Part shown: positions 58,485 to 61,686 of the stretch, one piece after another
Layout: the number at the start of each line of letters is the position of its first letter
Numbering within the stretch: position 1 is the first letter of the stretch
Source of the DNA: Cyanophora paradoxa CCMP329
Lineage: Eukaryota > Plantae > Glaucophyta
Reading direction: 5' to 3'
Length of the DNA stretch: 61,686 nt
NCBI GenBank assembly: GCA_004431415.1
Contig: QPMI01000312.1
Coordinates: 1-61,686, forward strand
The notes under the pieces: generated by a model
Told to the model about the DNA's origin: nothing
What the model saw: the letters and a program-made list of their open reading frames with translations, nothing else
The model's database searches: none
Made by a program: the position numbers and the translations under genes

Positions 58485-61400
58485 ATGCGGCAGCGTCGCG
58501 GCTGGCCGCCGTGGCAGCTGACGGGGCTTGCAGTCGTGGCGCTTGCGGTAATCCTAGCCGATGCAGCCAAGCCCGCCCGACGCTCGTCAGGAAACCGGGC
58601 CAGTCTGCAGCCCGAACTCGACGAAGACGAAGATGAGAGCATTGCGGCACGCGAGGTACGTGAGATCCCACTAAACACTGCTGCGCGAGCCCCCGCACGA
58701 GCCCCACCGAGCGCTCGAGCCCCCGACCGAGCGCTGGCGCTGCGCCCCGCGCTGCAGGCGCGGACTTGCACGTTTGAGGGGCGCCACGACCACATCGCCG
58801 CATTGTACGTGCAGATCACCCCGAGCGACGTCGCCGGCCCACGCGCGGCGCAGGTCCGCGGCGAAGCGCTACAAGCACAAGAACAACATGAAGTACGCGA
58901 AGCTGTGCTTGAGGCGGGCGGCGCGTTTGGATCCGGCCCTCGCTGAGGCGTGGAGCGCCCTGGCCGAGATCCACACGACGGCCGGCGACCGCACAGCCGT
59001 GCGCACCGCGCCGCGGGCCCGGGCCCGCCGCCCCGCCCCCACACGCGGCGCGCGCAGGCGGAGCAGTACCGGAGGGCCGCCGAGCGGTCACCCCGCGTGG
59101 CGCGCCCGCGAAGCAGAGCCCCGCCCCGCCTCGCTTCGCGCCGCTGACAGGGACGCCGCCGCCGCCGCCGCCGCCGCCGTCGCCGCAGGTGGAGGAGCAG
59201 CTGCGGGAGATTGAGGACGGCAACGCCGCCTTCCAGGAGGGGCGCTACGTCGAGGCCCTCGCCTGGTACCCCCACACACAACCCCTTCTGAAACGCGTAC
59301 CCCCCCCCCGACCCCAGCCCTCCCGCCGCGCCCGCGTCCCAGCTACGAGCGGGCGGTGGCCATCCGACCTATCTCCTCCTCCGCCCACTACAACCTCGCT
59401 TCGTGCGCTTCCTGTACCCCTCGCGTTCCGTGCCCGCCATCTCACGAATCGCGTACCCCAAGGGCGCACCACGTGCTGAAGAACTGGACGGCGGCGCTGG
59501 CGGGGTACCTGAAGACGGTCGAGCTGGACCCCCTCCAGGTGGAGGCGTACGCCCGGGCCGGCCATGTGCTCGAATCCCAGGCGCGCCGAATGCGCCGGCC
59601 GCTCGCCCCGGAGGCCGGGGCGGGGCCGAGCCATACCCCCCGGGGCGCAGGACGTGCCGGGGCCGAACCTGACGGGCGCCTCCCACTACTTCCGGGAGGC
59701 GAGCGGCGGGCTGTCGGGTGCGGGACTGGGGCCCTCTGAGCGGTGCCGGGGCGCAGGCGGCGGGGCGGGACGGCGCGAACGCCGACCTCATGTGCCACGG
59801 TGCGCCTTCAAGGCTCAGTACCCCCCTCGCCCGCGCTCCCCACGCGGCGGGCAGTGGGCCGGGTGGAGGCGGCGATGGGGAACTGGAGCGAGGCGCTCGA
59901 GTGGTTCGCCCGCGCCGCCAAGGCCCGCCCGGGCCTCGCCAAGGTCCCAGGCCGGCCCCGCCCGGGAGAGGCCGCCCGGCCTTGACCCCGCCGCCTCGGC
60001 CTCGGCCTCGGCCCCGCCGCAGGCGCACTACGGGATGGGCGCCGCCCTGCAGCGCCTCGGCCGCCCCGAGGCCGCCGCCGCCGCCTTCCAGGTCCCCCGC
60101 CCGCCCCGCGCCCGGCGCCGCCCCGATAAAGGGGAGAGGGCAGGTTGCGGCGGAGGCGGAGCCGCCGCACGAGGAGGCGCGCCACGGCCTCGCCATGGCC
60201 CTCCACGCCGCGGGGAGACACGCCGAGGCCCGCCCGCTCTCTTCCTCGCCCGCCCGCTTGCTCTCTTACCTCTAGAGGCAGGCGGCGCAGCAGCTGCGGG
60301 CGGCGCTGGCGCAGCGGCCGGAGGCGGCGGTGTGGCACAACGAGCTCGGCCGCATCCTCCACTACGCCCTCGGCCGCCCCGTCCGCCCTCCCCTCCCCTG
60401 CCTTCCCCGGCCGCGGGGCCCCTCACGGGGCGGCAGGAGGAGGCGCTGGCTAGCTACCAGAAGGCGGCGCAGCTGGACCCGTTCCTCGCCGAGGCCTTCT
60501 GTGTGTCCGCCGTCCGCCGGCCGCCCCGGCCCGCCCTCCGCCGAGCCGAGCCGCGCTGACGGGCCCGGGCGCCCCCCGCCCTGCAGACAACCTGGGGAAC
60601 ATCTACCTGGACCGCCGCGAGCTCGACAGTGCGGCCCGCCCCGCCCGCCCCGCCCCGCCGCGAGCGTCGGCTCGGCGCCCCTCCGAGCCCGGCGGGGGCG
60701 GGGGCGGCAGGCGCCATCTCCAAGTACCGCGCCGCCGTCCTCCTCATGCCCGACCACGCCGACCTCTGGTGGCCCCGTCCTCAGCGCCGCCGCTCAGCGC
60801 CTCCCGCCACGCCCCGCTCACCCGAGCCACGCAGGACGAACCTGGGGAACGCGCTGCGGGCCCGGGGCATGGCCCGCGAGGCCGGCCGCGCCTACCAGGT
60901 GCCCCGGGGCGATGCTGTACCCCCCTGGCCCCCCTCTGAGCCCTGCCGCAGCGGGCGATCCAGCTGCGGCCCGAGTACTTCCTCCCCATCGGCAACCTCG
61001 CCGCCCTCCTGCAGGCGCCGCACCCCGCGGCTTATCTTTGCTCCGTTTCAGCTCTGACGCCCTCCCAGGAGGAGGGCAGGTACCAGGAGGCAGAATCGCT
61101 GTACGCCCGGGCGCTCGAGCTCGACCCCGGGTACGCGGAGGGGTACTCGAACTTGGGTGCGCTCTACCTCGAGACGGGTGCCCTCCCCCCCTTCTCATTT
61201 TGTGACCTCCTACCCCCCGGCTTCTGACGCGCGTACCCCCCGCCAGGCCGGGCGGAGGCGGCGGTGCAGGCCTTCCAGCGCGCGCTGGAGGCGAACCCCC
61301 GGGTCCGGCCCCTCCCCCCTCCCCCCCGCCCCCCCGCCTCTCACTCGGGCCGCAGCTGCCGGAGGCGCACAACAACCTGGGGAACGCGCACGCGCGCTTC

Positions 61401-61686
61401 GTCCTTAACTCCCTCGCCCACATGGCGTCCGCCCCTCCCCGCCTCCCCACCGCGGCCGCCGAGCCGGGTCAGGAACGGGACGGCGCTGGAGCGGGCCCTC
61501 GAGGCCTACTCCGCCTCCGTCCGCCTCGCCGCCGACATGGGGTACGCTTCGCTCCGCTGCGCTCCGCTCGGCCTCGGGCTCGGGCTCTGAGGGCGGACGG
61601 CAGGGTGCCCCCCGGCCCGGCCCTCTTCAACCTCTACGCCGTCCGCCGCCACCTCTGCCGCTGGCGCGACTTTGACGCCCTCTCCG
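58485..61686 (+). CDS. Long TPR-array protein, O-GlcNAc transferase (OGT/SEC)-like, with an N-terminal hydrophobic signal; truncated by the window end
   Basis: About a dozen TPRs (AHYNLA, NLGNIY, TNLGNAL, IGNLAALL, YSNLG, AHNNLG) ending in LFNLYAVRRHLCRWRD, which resembles the CDW motif closing OGT TPR arrays. The catalytic domain is not in the window. Confidence 0.65.

Overview
This is eukaryotic nuclear DNA, very GC-rich and very intron-dense (introns mostly about 45-90 nt), so most of the six-frame ORF track is GC noise. I rebuilt genes by hand-splicing conserved motifs; gene ends are approximate. Two genes carry Phe-motif plastid transit peptides (MLNFV..., MNGPAFV...). With the GC content and intron density this suggests a glaucophyte-like alga such as Cyanophora, which is inference only. 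About 15 spliced genes are present: a hypothetical gene, DNA polymerase theta (POLQ), a CudA/STATL-like putative transcription factor, an RNF5/RMA1 E3 ligase, a lumenal FKBP17-like PPIase, a PrxQ/BCP-fold protein lacking its catalytic Cys, a second hypothetical gene, a plastid TPR protein, WEE1, a DCX/coiled-coil tail-anchored protein, ATP-PFK, a pseudokinase-AAA-GAF-PAS hybrid histidine kinase, an F-box/LRR protein, a fungal-type Spt7, and a signal-peptide TPR/OGT-like protein. A 219-bp tandem array sits inside 15-bp inverted repeats. Top leads: (1) a roughly 250-aa insertion with a PAZ-like signature in the insert-2 position of Pol theta; (2) an unusual intron grammar with frequent GC donors, +4C, a strand-specific GTACCCC motif, and C-rich/G-rich self-complementary arms; (3) several apparently repurposed enzymes.
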